Under the pieces are notes generated by a model. The model was not told where the DNA came from. It saw only the letters and a program-made list of their open reading frames with translations, and ran no database searches. This document shows positions 11,830 through 24,209 of a stretch of 64,000 nucleotides of DNA, piece after piece. A program made the position numbers and the translations under genes. Source of the DNA: Felis catus (Eukaryota); the NCBI RefSeq assembly GCF_018350175.1, contig NC_058368.1:174904001-174968000 (forward strand). Reading direction: 5' to 3'. The stretch's first letter is position 1, and the number at the start of each line of letters is the position of its first letter.

Positions 11830-12735
11830 AGAATGGTGACAATAAAAAAAGACAGACAGTGAAGAGCAGCGAGAACTCTCATGCATTGCTAGTGGGGGCG
11901 TGCGAACTGGTAAAACCACCATGGAAATTGTTGACAATATCAGCAAAAGCCTCATGACCTACTTACTAATTCCATTCTGGAGACCTACACGTGAGATCAG
12001 AGTCCATGTGTCTATCGGAGGAGGAGTATGGAGAGCATCACTCTTTTTTTTTTTTTTTTAATTTTTTTTTTCAACGTTTTTTATGTATTTTTGGGACAGA
12101 GAGAGACAGAGCATGAACGGGGGAGGGGCAGAGAGAGAGGGAGACACAGAATCGGAAGCAGGCTCCAGGCTCTGAGCCATCAGCCCAGAGCCCGACGCGG
12201 GGCTCGAACCCACGGACCTCGAGATCGTGACCTGGCTGAAGTCGGACGCTTAACCGACTGCGCCACCCAGGCGCCCCAGAGCATCACTCTTTGTAACAGC
12301 TCCCGACCTGGAACCACCCAGATGGCGGTTGCAGGGGGGGATTCCTAAATGAACTGTGATAGGTTCGTACGTTGGAATACTATACGGCAGTGAGAATGAA
12401 CACAACCCAAGGCACACAACAACACGACATTGGCCCAAAGAAGCCACACTCCAAAGAGTACGCACAGTAGGGTTCCGTGTATAGAAATTTCAAAAACAAG
12501 GAAAATGAAGCTTCGGGAAAAGAAATCTGAACAGTGATGATTTTGGTTCGGGAGGGGGCAGGAAATGACTGAGAGGGGGCACAGAGGATTCTTTGGAGGT
12601 AATGGAAATGTTGTCTTGATCGTGTAGGTGAGTTTCACCGGTACGTACATTTGTCAAACTTCTTTGAACCGTATGCTTAAAACGGGTGCATTTTTATCGT
12701 GCAATTTGCACCCTAGATAAAGTGGATTTAAAAAA
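11830..12735 (+). mobile_element. second ancient L1M 3' fragment
   Basis: gaactctcatgcattgctagtggg...ctggaaccacccagatg...catttgtcaaact, L1ME-like. Confidence 0.75.
12047..12277 (-). mobile_element. Can-SINE, young subfamily
   Basis: TSD agagcatcactcttt at 12032-12046 and 12278-12292. Confidence 0.96.
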
Positions 12736-12740
12736 AACCA

Positions 12741-12980
12741 GGGGCGCCTGGGTGGCTCAGTCGGTTAAGCATTCGACTTCGGCTCAGGTCACAATCTCAT
12801 GGTCCATGAGTTCGAACCCCGCGTCGGGCTCTGGGCTGATGGCTCAGAGCCTGGAGCCTGCTTCCGATTCTGTGTCTCCCTCTCTCTGACCCTCCCCTGT
12901 TCATGCTCTGTCTCTTTCTGTCTCAAAAATAAATAAACGTTAACAAAAAAATTAAAAAAAAAAATTAAAAAAAAACAACA
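12741..12980 (+). mobile_element. Can-SINE
   Basis: full length. Confidence 0.95.
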
Positions 12981-12988
12981 ACAACCAT

Positions 12989-13066
12989 GGCGTGCCTGGT
13001 GGCTTGCTCTCTATCTGTCTCTCAGAATAAATAAAAAGAAACTTTAGCAAAAATTAAAAAAAAAAT
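12989..13066 (+). mobile_element. internally deleted SINE remnant
   Basis: ggcgtgcctggtggct joined directly to tgctctctatctgtctctcagaataaataaa-poly-A. Confidence 0.6.
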
Positions 13067-13168
13067 TTAAAAAGTACCCATTTTGCAGGTTGATTGGAAG
13101 CTAACTAGCACATCATAGCCTCATTTTTTAAATTATTGTTTTCAACTTTTTAAAGGGATTAAAAAAAA

Positions 13169-13377
13169 TTTTTTTTAACGTTTATTTATTTTTGAGACAG
13201 AGAGAGACAGAGCATGAACAGGGGAGGGCAGAGAGAGAGGGAGACACAGAATCTGAAACAGGCTCCAGGCTCTGAGCCATCAGCCCAGAGCCCGATGCGG
13301 GGCTTGAACTCACGGACCGCGAGATCGTGACCTGGCTGAAGTCGGACGCTTAACCGACTGCGCCACCCAGGCGCCCC
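13169..13377 (-). mobile_element. Can-SINE
   Basis: full length; no TSD evident. Confidence 0.95.
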
Positions 13378-13450
13378 AGGAATCTGCATTTTTAATAAGT
13401 ATTCCAGGAGATTCTGAGGCTGGTGGTCCAGAGAACCAGCTCGAAAGTGA
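13378..13450. mobile_element. half of a MER5A-like hAT MITE
   Basis: ggaatctgcatttttaataag...ccaggagattctgaggctggtggtccagagaacc. Confidence 0.7.
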
Positions 13451-14786
13451 AAGACAGCCCCCAAGAAATGGGTGTCATTCTCAGTATTTGCATGTGGGCA
13501 TGTGAGGAACGAAACGACTCCGTTTGCTCAGACATTGCCTGGGGTACAGTAGGCACTCAGTTCGGGCTCAGTCCATCGGTTAGTTTGTTAATTCGAAGCA
13601 CCCAGCGTGTACTCAGCTATTATTTCTGCGTGGCCATTAGGGACGAGGCAATCAGCAGACCCAGTAAAGACTTGCCACACCAGATAAATGCAATGCTAGG
13701 CATCCAAGAGGATTGCAGTGCATGTGTGTGACAAGTAGCCACACGGCCAGGAGGTAGTGGTGACCGGTCTCAATGCAGCCCAGTTTTATCAGGAGAATGG
13801 GTTTGCGGGAGGCTTTCTTGGGTGCCTGGTCCCGGAGGCTGAAGGAGGAGGGGTAAAGGATCAACACGCTAACATTCCGGACTCAACTAGAAGAACTTGC
13901 AGATCCCGCGAGCCAGGCTGTCTCCCCAGACCCTCAGGCTTGTGTCTCCTGTCACGTGACTCGCCCTTTTCCATGGGTTTGACGTTAGCACTTGAGGCCT
14001 TCGGGAAACTCGTTTGCCTCTGGCAGCAGGTTGGAACCGGCTCTTCACCTGGCTCATCCTGACCAATTGCTTGCCCCCGGGGTCGCCCCTTTTCTTTCTT
14101 CTGACTCCGACCTTCTCCAACCTTCTATGGCTTCTGAAGCTGAGGTCTTTCCTAAGACTTGTAGAGAGAAAACACCAACCCTCTCCCCCAGTGGAGCCCT
14201 CCAAAGGCTCTTAGGAGGTTCCAGAGGCGGAGCTCTTCCTTTGACAGATGGGAATCTTTCCTCCAGGGTGCCGGTGTTTAAATAGAAGTGCAAGGGTGAC
14301 TCACCAGTCGTTTTGCGGGTTGAACGCCATTTTGGGGTTGTTTTGGGGAGACTCCTTGTGTGTGCCTGGTGCACCGTGTGCACAAGTCTCATCGTCCGGG
14401 CAGGCCGCAAAATCCCACCGCCAGCCCTGGGGGACTCCCGAGACATGGTACTTCAGAGACATTCAGCACAACCTTTCTTCACGGAACTGGGGGTGTTTGT
14501 GAGCCGGTGTGCATGTAAGCAAGCAAGGCCCGCTCTTCTGATTAGGAATAGCATCCTTCTGGGTCAGCCGGCTGTACCCCCTGCAGCTAAACTCAGGTAT
14601 CGGAAGGAATAAAGACTGGCAGCTTAGGAGGGAGGGAGGAAAGAAAGGACAGAATTCTTAGCAGACAATAAAAGCGAGGCCGTGGAAGAATACGTAGTGA
14701 CGTCAGGTGTCCACGAGCCATTTGTAGTTGAAAACTGCAAGTTACGGCACAGCAAACTCATTACTTCATTAAGTGTTAACGGAGGC

Positions 14787-14992
14787 GGGGCGCCCGGGTG
14801 GCTCAGTCGGTTAAGCGTCCGACTTCAGCTCAGGTCACGATCTCGCGGTCCGTGAGTTCGAACCCCGCGTCGAGGCTGACGGCTCAGAGCCTGGAGCCTG
14901 GAGCCTGCTTCCGATTCTGTGTCTCCCTCTCTCTCTCTGCCCCTTCCCCATTCATTCTCTGTCTCAAAAATAAATAAACGTTTAAAAAAAAA
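14787..14992 (+). mobile_element. Can-SINE
   Basis: TSD tgttaacggaggc at 14774-14786 and 14993-15005. Confidence 0.95.
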
Positions 14993-15157
14993 TGTTAACG
15001 GAGGCAATCAATAATGGAGTCACGAGATTTTCATTATCTTCCTTGGATTTGGGTACGTTTTCCGAAGCGAGTACAAGAAATGTATTGTGTTTTTCCATCG
15101 TTTCGAAGGACGCAGCCAAAGAGCATGAAATTAAAACCAGAACTCTTCCTCTCTTCA

Positions 15158-15352
15158 GGGGCGCCCGGGTGGTTCAGCCGGGTAGGTGTCCAGCTCTTGA
15201 GTTGGGCTCAGGTCGTGATCCCAGGGTTGTGGGATCAAGCCCCACATCGGGGTCCCTGCTGAGCATCGAGCCTGCTTGGGATTCTCTCTCTCTCTCCGCT
15301 CCTCTCCCCCACTCTCAAAATAAAACAAAACAAGACAAAACAGAACAAAACA
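15158..15352 (+). mobile_element. Can-SINE (older) with (AAAAC)n tail
   Basis: diverged head and body. Confidence 0.88.
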
Positions 15353-15526
15353 AACTCTCTTTCTCATCCACCATTCTTATCCTACAGACCTAAATATACT
15401 TGGCAGTTTGTGTGTGTGTGTAATCTTCAAAAGTTTAAAAGAAAGCTTTGTTTTTATTTACGTAATAGGATATTTTTATTTACATAATAAAAACGTATAC
15501 ATTACATGTGTGTGGTTTAAAAAAAA

Positions 15527-15731
15527 TTTGTTTTAACGTCTATTTATTTTTGAGAGAGACAGAGCATGAGTGGAGGAAGGGCAGAGAGAGAGGGAGACAC
15601 AGAATCTGAAGCAGGCTCCAGGCTCTGAGCTGTCAGCACAGAGCCCGACGCGGGGCTCGAACCCATGAACCGTGAGATCGTGACCTGAGCCGAAGTCGGA
15701 TGCTTAACTAACAGAGCCACCCAGGTGCCCC
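15527..15731 (-). mobile_element. Can-SINE
   Basis: full length. Confidence 0.94.
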
Positions 15732-15929
15732 ATATGTGTGTGTTTTTAACACAGTAGTACCATACTATATGCACTTATGTGGAACTCCAAGCTGCCTTAT
15801 TCCTTGTAATGGCTACATTTTATTCCGTGGCATGCATGTGTCATAATTTATTTAAATTGTCTCCCGTTAGTGGTCATTTAGACCAGTGATAGTATTTTTT
15901 TCCTATCAACAAGTTTCGTATTGTAATTT

Positions 15930-16157
15930 TATTTTATTATTAAATTTTTTAAAAAATCTTTATTTTTGAGAGAGAGAGAGAGAGAGACAGAGTGCAAATG
16001 GAGGAAGGGCAGAGAGAGGGAGACACAGAATCCAAAGCAGGCTCCAGGTTCTGAGCTGTCAGCACAGAGCCTGATGGGGGGCTCGAACTCATGAACCAGG
16101 AGATCATGAACTGAGCCGAAGTCAGATGCTTCACCGACTGAGCCACCCAGGTGCCCC
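15930..16157 (-). mobile_element. Can-SINE
   Basis: full length; TSD core ttgtaatttt. Confidence 0.94.
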
Positions 16158-16629
16158 ATCATGTTGTAATTTTTAAAATAAAGACAAAGAAGGGAAGTAG
16201 AAAGGCAGGATGGCCGGAGGCAAGGTGTGATTACCAAGGAGAGATACTGAGCTACGGAACCAAGAATTACAAAGGGCACAAACAGCCGCTGAGTGAGTAA
16301 AACCAAATCCAACAAATCAAAACCTCAAAAACTCTCGGGTGAGCTCCTCTCTGGCCCTCTGAGTGCCTATCCTAAAGGAATGAGGATGTTTTTTAACAAC
16401 TTGATGACCCCATTAGCTCCTAGATTTCCTCTTTGAATCCAAGACCCGTAATTCTTTATCTATTGGCTTGCGGCTATCCCACCTTCTAGTCAAAGTGTTG
16501 GATGTATGGATTTGCTGTTCAGGAGAGAGATCAATGCTTCACTGGATATCATAGACACGCAAACCGAAAACCCCGTATAGTCATCTCTTGACCATCAGGT
16601 TACCTACCAAAGGGAATGTGCCTGATTCT

Positions 16630-17070
16630 ACCCAGAAGACTCAGAACAGGTTTCACAGAAGAAGGCACAGTGATGTTGGGTTTTGAAGGATGAATAAGAG
16701 TTTTCTAGCCAGAGACTAGGGGAAGGGCATTTTAAGCAGAGGGAACAGCCTGGGCAAAGACACAAACATCTTAACATGAGGTTTGTTTAACTGGATAATG
16801 GTGATTCAGTTGGATGGCTGAAATATGGGGAAGTGGCTGGAAACAGCTGGAAAGACAGGTTAGGCCAGGTTGTGAAAGTCCTTGAAGGCCAGCTTAAGGA
16901 GGTTCAGTTTTTTATTCTGAGGGTAATAGGAGCCATGGAAGGTTTCAAGCAAGGAGGGGACATAATGAGGTGTGCCCAGCAGAGATGATCCCATGGACGG
17001 GACAGAGCGGCTAGACGCAGACTTTGGAAGCAGGAAGATAGGTCAGGCCGAGGCAAGAGGACTGGAAATT
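16630..17070 (-). mobile_element. L2 fragment
   Basis: gaaggatgaataagag...gcagagggaacagc...gagccatggaaggtttcaagcaagg. Confidence 0.8.
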
Positions 17071-17344
17071 TCGTGCTGTTTGTTCCTTGGTGATCCAAGT
17101 CCTAGGAGAGCTCACACTCAAAAAATGATCAAATATTGATGGTTTCATACAGTGCACCTTACTGCTAGGCAAAGGCTTGGCCCCGACCTGAGCGCTGGCC
17201 AACAGGAAAGTGGGCGGTTGTGGCCTCCGCGTGGATGAGTTACCTTTGCGAAAGTGGGAGAACTCTAGCATTCTCTCCGAGACCCGTTAAGGACCTACTC
17301 TTGTTTCTTAAGGTATGAGAGTAGTGTTGGGTGTACGCCTGAAA

Positions 17345-17595
17345 GGAATCTTTATCTTTTAGATATACAACCTGAACTGCTTGTAGTTGAAGTCATGTGG
17401 TGTTTGATATTTGCTTCCAAACAGTCTGGGGCAGGGCGGGGTGGGTGGGAGGCGGGCGGAGGTATGGAATGAGCAAGACGGGCAAAGGATTGGCATTTGT
17501 CGGAGCCGCCTGATGGACACATGGGAACCCACGTTGTTATCTGTCTGCTTTTGCAGAGGCTTGGCAAATTTCCACGATAACGTGTTTTTGAAAAT
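17345..17595 (+). mobile_element. L1MC/ME-type 3'UTR fragment
   Basis: tatcttttagatatac...atttgcttccaaac...aaatttccacgataa. Confidence 0.65.
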
Positions 17596-17842
17596 GCACG
17601 AGGCACAACAGTTTTTAAGGAATGCCGCCACCTGCATCAAGGCAGGGGCTCTATGTGTGCCCGCACGCACACACACACACACACACACAGGCCATGCGCT
17701 GGTACAGGCACAGAATGTTTTTTGGAAGAAAGTTCAGGAGTGAGGGGGGGTTGTACTCTCTCCTACTTCAAAAGAAACTTATGCATGTATTATTTCTATT
17801 TTTATTTTTCCTTAAAAAATTTTTTTAAGGTTTATTTATTTA

Positions 17843-18053
17843 TTTATTTATTTTTAACGTTTATTTATTTTTGAGACAGAGACAGAGCATGAACGGGGGA
17901 GGGGCAGAGAGAGAGGGAGACACAGAATCGGAAACAGGCTCCAGGCTCCGAGCCATCAGCCCAGAGCCTGACGCGGGGCTCGAACTCACGGACCGTGAGA
18001 TGGTGACCTGGCTGAAGTCGGACGCTTAATCGACTGCGCCACCCAGGCGCCCC
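17843..18053 (-). mobile_element. Can-SINE nested in the tail of the next SINE
   Basis: TSD taaggtttatttattt at 17826-17841 and 18054-18069. Confidence 0.94.
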
Positions 18054-18244
18054 TAAGGTTTATTTATTTTTGAGAGAACGAGAGCATGTGCGAGCAGGGG
18101 AGGGACAGAGGGAGAGGGAGTCCCAGAATTCGAAGCGGGCTCCAGGCTCTGTGCTGTCAGCACAAGGGCTCGAACTCATGAACCGTGAGATCGTGACCCG
18201 AGCCGAAGTTGGACGCTTAGCCGGCTGAGCCAGCCAGGCGCCCC
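18054..18244 (-). mobile_element. Can-SINE (older host)
   Basis: head ends at 18244; tail split by the previous SINE. Confidence 0.9.
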
Positions 18245-18261
18245 TTGGTATTATTATTATT

Positions 18262-18475
18262 ATTTTTTAAAATTTTTTTAATGTTTATTTATTTTTGAGA
18301 CAGAGACAGAGCATGAACGGGGGAGGGGCAGAGAGAGGGAGACACAGAATCGGAAGCAGGCTCCAGGCTCTGAGCCATCAGCTCAGAGCCCGACGCGGGG
18401 CTCGAACTCACGGACTGCGAGATCGTGACCTGAGCTGAAGTCGGACGCTTAACCGACTGAGCCACCCAGGCGCCC
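18262..18475 (-). mobile_element. Can-SINE
   Basis: full length. Confidence 0.94.
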
Positions 18476-20158
18476 TGAATTTTTAAAGAGCAAAATGAAG
18501 GCACAATATAAAAACGAACCAGAAAAGATCTGCATCCCGTTACCCACCGTGCAGTCGCCATGTGTATTGGCCTCAGTTTCCTCATCCAGAGGCTGCAGGA
18601 AACAGGGCCTCCCGGCCCCGTGGGGTTGGAATAGGATTGGAAATAACACGTGCAAATTGCCTAGCCCAAGGCCTGGAACACGGGAGGTTCTCAGTAATGA
18701 TGGTAATGATGTGGGAGCTGTCACGCGTACTTCGTGAAATTGTATATGGGAGAGAAAGTCCTGCAGGACTTCGGAAGGAACGCACTGTGCAGTTGTCCAG
18801 GTGGGGCATCCATTTCACACTCACGGTGTCCTCACTCCTCATTAGGCAAGGAGGCGGGGTCCCTGCCCCCAGCTGTCCACATTAATCAGATTCACTGGAT
18901 AATTGCTCCACTTCGCCCGTCACTTCGTACGTGCGGACTACCCTCAAATCCCAGGCTCCGTCCTCTGGGGATGAACCCGAAAGCTGACTCAGTCATTTTT
19001 AAGCGAGTTCATTTCTAGAGTGAGCTAGAGGCGGACGTTCGTTCGCAAGGGCCACAGAGGACTTTGTCGGCTCACATTTCATGCAATGAAATCCACTTTC
19101 CGGGACGGACACAAACGGTCAACCCGTGCATGAATTTCAGCCTGGGGGAGGCTAGATGACCCCTCAGCGGGCTGTTTGGGATGGCTTGGGGGCCTCTGGG
19201 GTTGTCTATCTAGCACCCTGACATCTACAAAACCTGAACTTTGGCCCGCCTTCTCACCAGTAAGCTCCATCCACCTCCAGGGGGCCCGTCTTCTCTCTGT
19301 ACCACGGGGTCTCCCCGGGGGCCCAGAAGGTTCAGGAGGGTCGAGCGAGGACCGTGGTTCTGAATCCGACACGCAAAGTCAATGCCTCTGGAAGCTAACA
19401 GTGAGGCTGAGATATTTTAAGCAACGGCTCTCGAGAGATCGTGTCTTCCATTTAATTTCTTTTTTTTGTTAGGGAGGGCCTTCTAAAATCATTTTCTTTC
19501 CTTCCATAACTAACCACATGGATTTCAAATGGGGAAGCCGTGGGTGCAGAGGGGAATTCGAACTGTCTGTCTGCAGGGAAGTATCGTTTGGGAAATGAAA
19601 GCGATCTCAGGGGCCCCGGATCTCTGGGGCAGAACTGTCAAAGGCTGCAAACGGAAATGGATACCTTCGTCACTCAGCAGTTGATGGCCACAGTGACTGA
19701 CTCAGTGGGAGCCGCTCAGTGGAACAACCCGTCTGACTTCGGGAACACACGGAGAGCGGTAGATGGGTTCGCTCAAGCCGGATTGGCCCAACCCGAGCCA
19801 TTGTGACCTGTGGGCAAGAAGCCCAGGCTTTCAGGCAAAGGCCTTGAGTTCGCCACCTCCCCCCTGCCCCAGGTGATTTTACCTACACACATTATATTAC
19901 CTGCGTTACATATTATACGGAATTATGATGATATAATAAGTACCAACACATGCTGAGTGTTTACCCCGTGCGAGAAGTTGTGACAGATGCGTTTTACGTG
20001 CGTTAGGCCTTTAACCCTCATCACGATCTTTAAAGGACAGGACTGCAGGTGGACCGGAGAGTGGCCAGAAGGAAAAAAAAAAAAATCAAAGTGCCATTAA
20101 TGGAAGAGAGCACGAGGCTGGGTGGTCCCAACTGAGTGATGTCCATGATTGCTTGGCT

Positions 20159-20323
20159 GGGGGGGGGGGGGGGGGGGGAGAGGAGGGCGGGGGGGGGCGG
20201 AGGGGGGGCGGGGGGGGGCGGAGGGGGGGCGGGGGGGGGAGGAGGGCAGGGGGGGAGGAGGGCGGGGGGGGAGGAGGGCAGGGGGGGAGGAGGGGGGGGG
20301 GGGCGGAGGGGGGGGGGGGGGGG
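20159..20323. repeat. G-rich minisatellite
   Basis: G runs punctuated by recurring GGCGGAGG and GGAGGAGGGC(A/G) units. Confidence 0.9.
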
Positions 20324-21591
20324 CGTCAAGAGTCACAGACAGGAAGTGATTCGTCCAGACTCTTAACCATACCATTGGTTTCCCACAACATAATAGTAAC
20401 ATTCACAGTAATAGTAACAGTCGCAGCGGCGGTAATGTTAATATTCTTCTCAGGTTGTTAGGAGGAATGTGTCACAGTATCTGACATACAGCAGATGGTC
20501 CTTAAAAGTTGCTGCACTGAATGAGTAACAGTTTTCATTAGCCAAGGCGTGCTAACGAACTACTCCCAATTTCTGTGCTAGCAAACCTAATATAGTAGGA
20601 GGGTCTCTTCCCTTTCGGAGAACCGACCTCTCTCGCAAGATCCAGAGCAACATAGGAGGCTAGGGGGGAGAGGGGAAGGGGAGGGGATCTGCCTGCACAA
20701 GTTCTCCGAGATAGTTCCACCCCCAAAGTCATACTTCCAGCGGACCCCCACACGCTCTCCGCGGGAAGCTGCCTGCTGCCTCCCGGGTGGGAGCGGCGGC
20801 ACAAACACATTTCTTAAAAATGATTTCTTCACTTGCTCCCAGTTGAGCTCAAAAACATTGGCCGGATTAAACTAATCTTTGATCCAGATTTAATGAAGGC
20901 ACAAATACAGACATATGCCATTTGGGTTTGAGACACAGTCAGGAAAAGTGTCAGCAAAGCAATTTGCTAAGGCTAATGAATAGCTTTTGGCAAAGGGGTT
21001 CAAAGCCAGTGTCAGAAACAGCTTTGTTGGAGGCAGGGGAGAGGCTGAGTGAGTGTGCGAGGGCCGGCGCCTCTTCCTGCTGCAGGCACACATCAGCCCC
21101 TCTCCACCGCCAGACCAGGGGTGTGGGTGGGAGGGAAGGGCCAGCACGGGGTGCAGGGAGGACACACAGGTGCTGCTGAGAGAGTCCTCTGGGCAGTGAG
21201 GGGGGACACCCAGGGGCAGGACAAGTGAGGAATCCGGGGAAAAGAAAGTGCCAGATAAATGGTCTCAGACATCAGCGGTCTCGGGGACAGGGCTGAGGGG
21301 AAACTTCCTCACCTCTCTACTTGTTCTCTTGCGTCTTACATTGTGGATGAGATACGTGCATTCGGCCTCATAAAGCCACCTGGCAAAGACACGAAATGTG
21401 TGATCTGTGTACGCGTGCATGCGACCGTGGATTCCGTGGTACGCACGTGTATGTGAAAGTTTAGGAAACGGACTGCCAGGCTGGGTTTTGCTTCACGGAA
21501 GGACGGAAGAGATTGCCATGGTAGTAGAAGGTCAAAGGGAACCGGTTTTTATCTGTAATGATTCATTTCTTTTAAGAAAGAGACTGAAAGA

Positions 21592-21813
21592 GGGGCGCCT
21601 GGTGGCTCAGTCGGTTAAGCGTCCGACTTCGGCTCAGGTCACGATCTCACTGTCCGTGGGTTCGAGCCCCGCGTCGGGCTCTGTGCTGACAGCTCAGAGA
21701 CTGGAGTCTGTTTCACATTCTGTGTCTCCCTCTCTCTGACCCTCCCCCGTTCATGCTCTGTCTCTCTCTGTCTCAACAATAAATAAATGTTAAAAAAAAT
21801 TAAAAAAAAAAAA
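21592..21813 (+). mobile_element. Can-SINE
   Basis: TSD aagaaagagactgaaaga. Confidence 0.95.
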
Positions 21814-22223
21814 AAGAAAGAGACTGAAAGAAAAGGAAAAAAAAAGAAAGAGACTGAAGGCAAGCACAAAATATTACGGGGGGTATGGGAGGTTTTCACA
21901 CCGTTCTTTTTTGTTTGTTTGTTGCAAGTTTTTTATTTAAATTCCAGCTGGTGAACATATTATTCTTTATGTGTTTTTAAACACTTTCCAAAACAAAATA
22001 GGGACTGTTGGAGGACAGACCTGGCACGTCTGGGGAATGGAAGGGAGCATGAGCGGGAAGTTCAGGTCCCGATGGGGAGAGAAGTGTTGGAGGACCATGG
22101 ATTCTGGCGGCACACAGGGGTCGGGGGCGCTCCGTGTAGCCCCAGTGTGCCAGGACTCCCAACCCCAGGCCTTGCTCCTCTCCTGGGCTCAAGTGGACAG
22201 ATGCGCTAAGAAAGAGCTTGGCT

Positions 22224-22458
22224 GGGGCGCCTGGGTGACTCAGTTGGCTAAGCATCCGACGTCAGCTCAGGTCATGATCTCACGGTCTGTGGGGTCAAGC
22301 CCTGCGTCCGGCTCCGTGCTGACAGCTCGGAGCCTGGAGCCTGCTTCGGATTCTCTGCCTCCTTCTCTCTCTCTCTCTCTCTCTGCCCCTCCCCATCTCA
22401 TTCTCTCTCTCCCTCTCTCTCTCTCTCAAAAATAAATAAACGTTAAAAAAATTTTAAA
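22224..22458 (+). mobile_element. Can-SINE
   Basis: TSD aagaa(a/g)gagcttggc. Confidence 0.95.
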
Positions 22459-23574
22459 AAGAAGGAGCTTGGCCTTCAGCAGGAAGAAGGTGGTCCCTTT
22501 GGTCAGGAGAGGACTGGCAGACTGAGGGTCAGAGGCCGTGGTGGGAAAGGTACCGTGGTCGTCTGGGTCCGAGGTGGGGGACCAAGGACGGTGGCAGCTG
22601 CAGGGGGAGAGGAAAAGAGGGATCCCTTCTGAACCTTCCCAAGACCCCCATGCACCCAGTGACCTTGGAAGGAGGCAGAGAGGGAGGGAAGGAGGCATGT
22701 TCACAGAGATCTGAGAGCTGGGTGGGGACACAATCACCAGGAGCAAAAAAGCCAGAAAAAAAAAACCTACCGAGGGGGAGGAACACGCATGGCCTCAAAG
22801 AGGCAGCTGTCCCCGAAATCAGATCCAAGACAGGTGAGGGGAGAGCCCAGCGGACAGGAGTTGTCACTCCTGCCCACGCTAGGAATTTTCCTTTGCCGTT
22901 CCTTCTCAGCAAGGAGGCTTTGTCCCCAGCCCCGGGATGTCATTCCAGGCTCCGGTAAGTGGAATACTTCACACCCGCCCAGCCAAGTCCATTTATTTGG
23001 AATACTCTCATACCCTTGTCAAAAATGGTGCCAAGGTGTGTAAACAGACCAATTTCTGGGATTGTTTCAATCTAATCATATTAAATTATTTGCTCTCTTG
23101 GCCTTGAGGGGGTTCCAAGGGAAAGCGATTGAAGTCAGGTCCAAAAATAGCTACCTTTGATTTCCAGTCCTGGTGCTAACGTGGGTGAACTTCTCAGAGC
23201 TTCTGGTGCTGACGTCAGTGATCCAGAGATGGTCTGAGTCAGGGACCGAGGGCGGGGGGTTGGGGGGAGGCCGGGAAGGGGGCACCGCCCCTGCTTATTT
23301 TTCTTCCAAAGCCCCATGATGGGAAGAGACATTTTAAGGAAGGTTTTTAGCAGTGATAGTGTCACGTGCCAGCTACCCCCAGAAAGGAAACATAAATCAA
23401 CGTCAGGATCATGTGTTGATCGGGAAGAAAGAGATTGTGACCGAGTCTAACGGGGAGAAAGAGGCCAGAGAGGCAAAATGATGCCTAGAAACTGACACGC
23501 TTTGACCACAGACCCCAAAGGCAAATACCTCTCAGCTGGAGGCTGGTTGGATGAGAGGAAGCAGAGTGTAGACG

Positions 23575-23790
23575 AGTGCCAGGGCTTTGGAGCAAAGCAG
23601 ATGTGGGTTCGAATCCGGAGAGCTTCCTATCTGTGTGACCTTCTGTAGGTTTCTGAAGCTCCCCAAGGCTCAGCCGTCTCCTCTGGAAAACGTGAATCAT
23701 AGGAATGATGCAGATCTTTTGTCCTTTAAGGACATCTGGAGAGTGCCTAGCTCCGGGTAGAGGTTGCAGAGGCCGGGCACTCGAATGAAC
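23575..23790 (+). mobile_element. MIR
   Basis: gggttcgaatccgg...ctgtgtgaccttc... Confidence 0.7.
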
Positions 23791-24209
23791 TTGTCTCCCT
23801 TCCCAGCCATTACCACACAGCTGCCTTGCGCTACGTTGGGCCCCGGGGCCTTTCGCAGTGTTTTGCACATTGCAGATACTCACGAAATGGTTACAGGTTG
23901 ATTCGAAGGCCATTCTCCGTTAAATATCCAAGTCAGAACGGATCTCTCTTCTGATTTGTCCAGTTGTCCCCTGGGCATCTCCAGCCGGGGAGCTCCTCCT
24001 CTTCTCTCCCAGGGATCCCCTTCTCAATGATTGGCACCACGGTCCGTCCTGTCGCCGGGACCAGAAGCACCTGTGAAACTGACAAGTGCTTATGGATGTA
24101 TTGGGATACAGTAGCGAATGAGGCAGAACGAAGACTTATCCGCATGGGACTCCCACTCCAGGAGGAGAAACACGACTTCAATTTATTCCGCCCTTAAACA
24201 TGCTTGTTT

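Noticed and set aside
20030..20461. Pro-rich and Gly-rich ORFs
   Set aside because: Artefact of the G-rich minisatellite.
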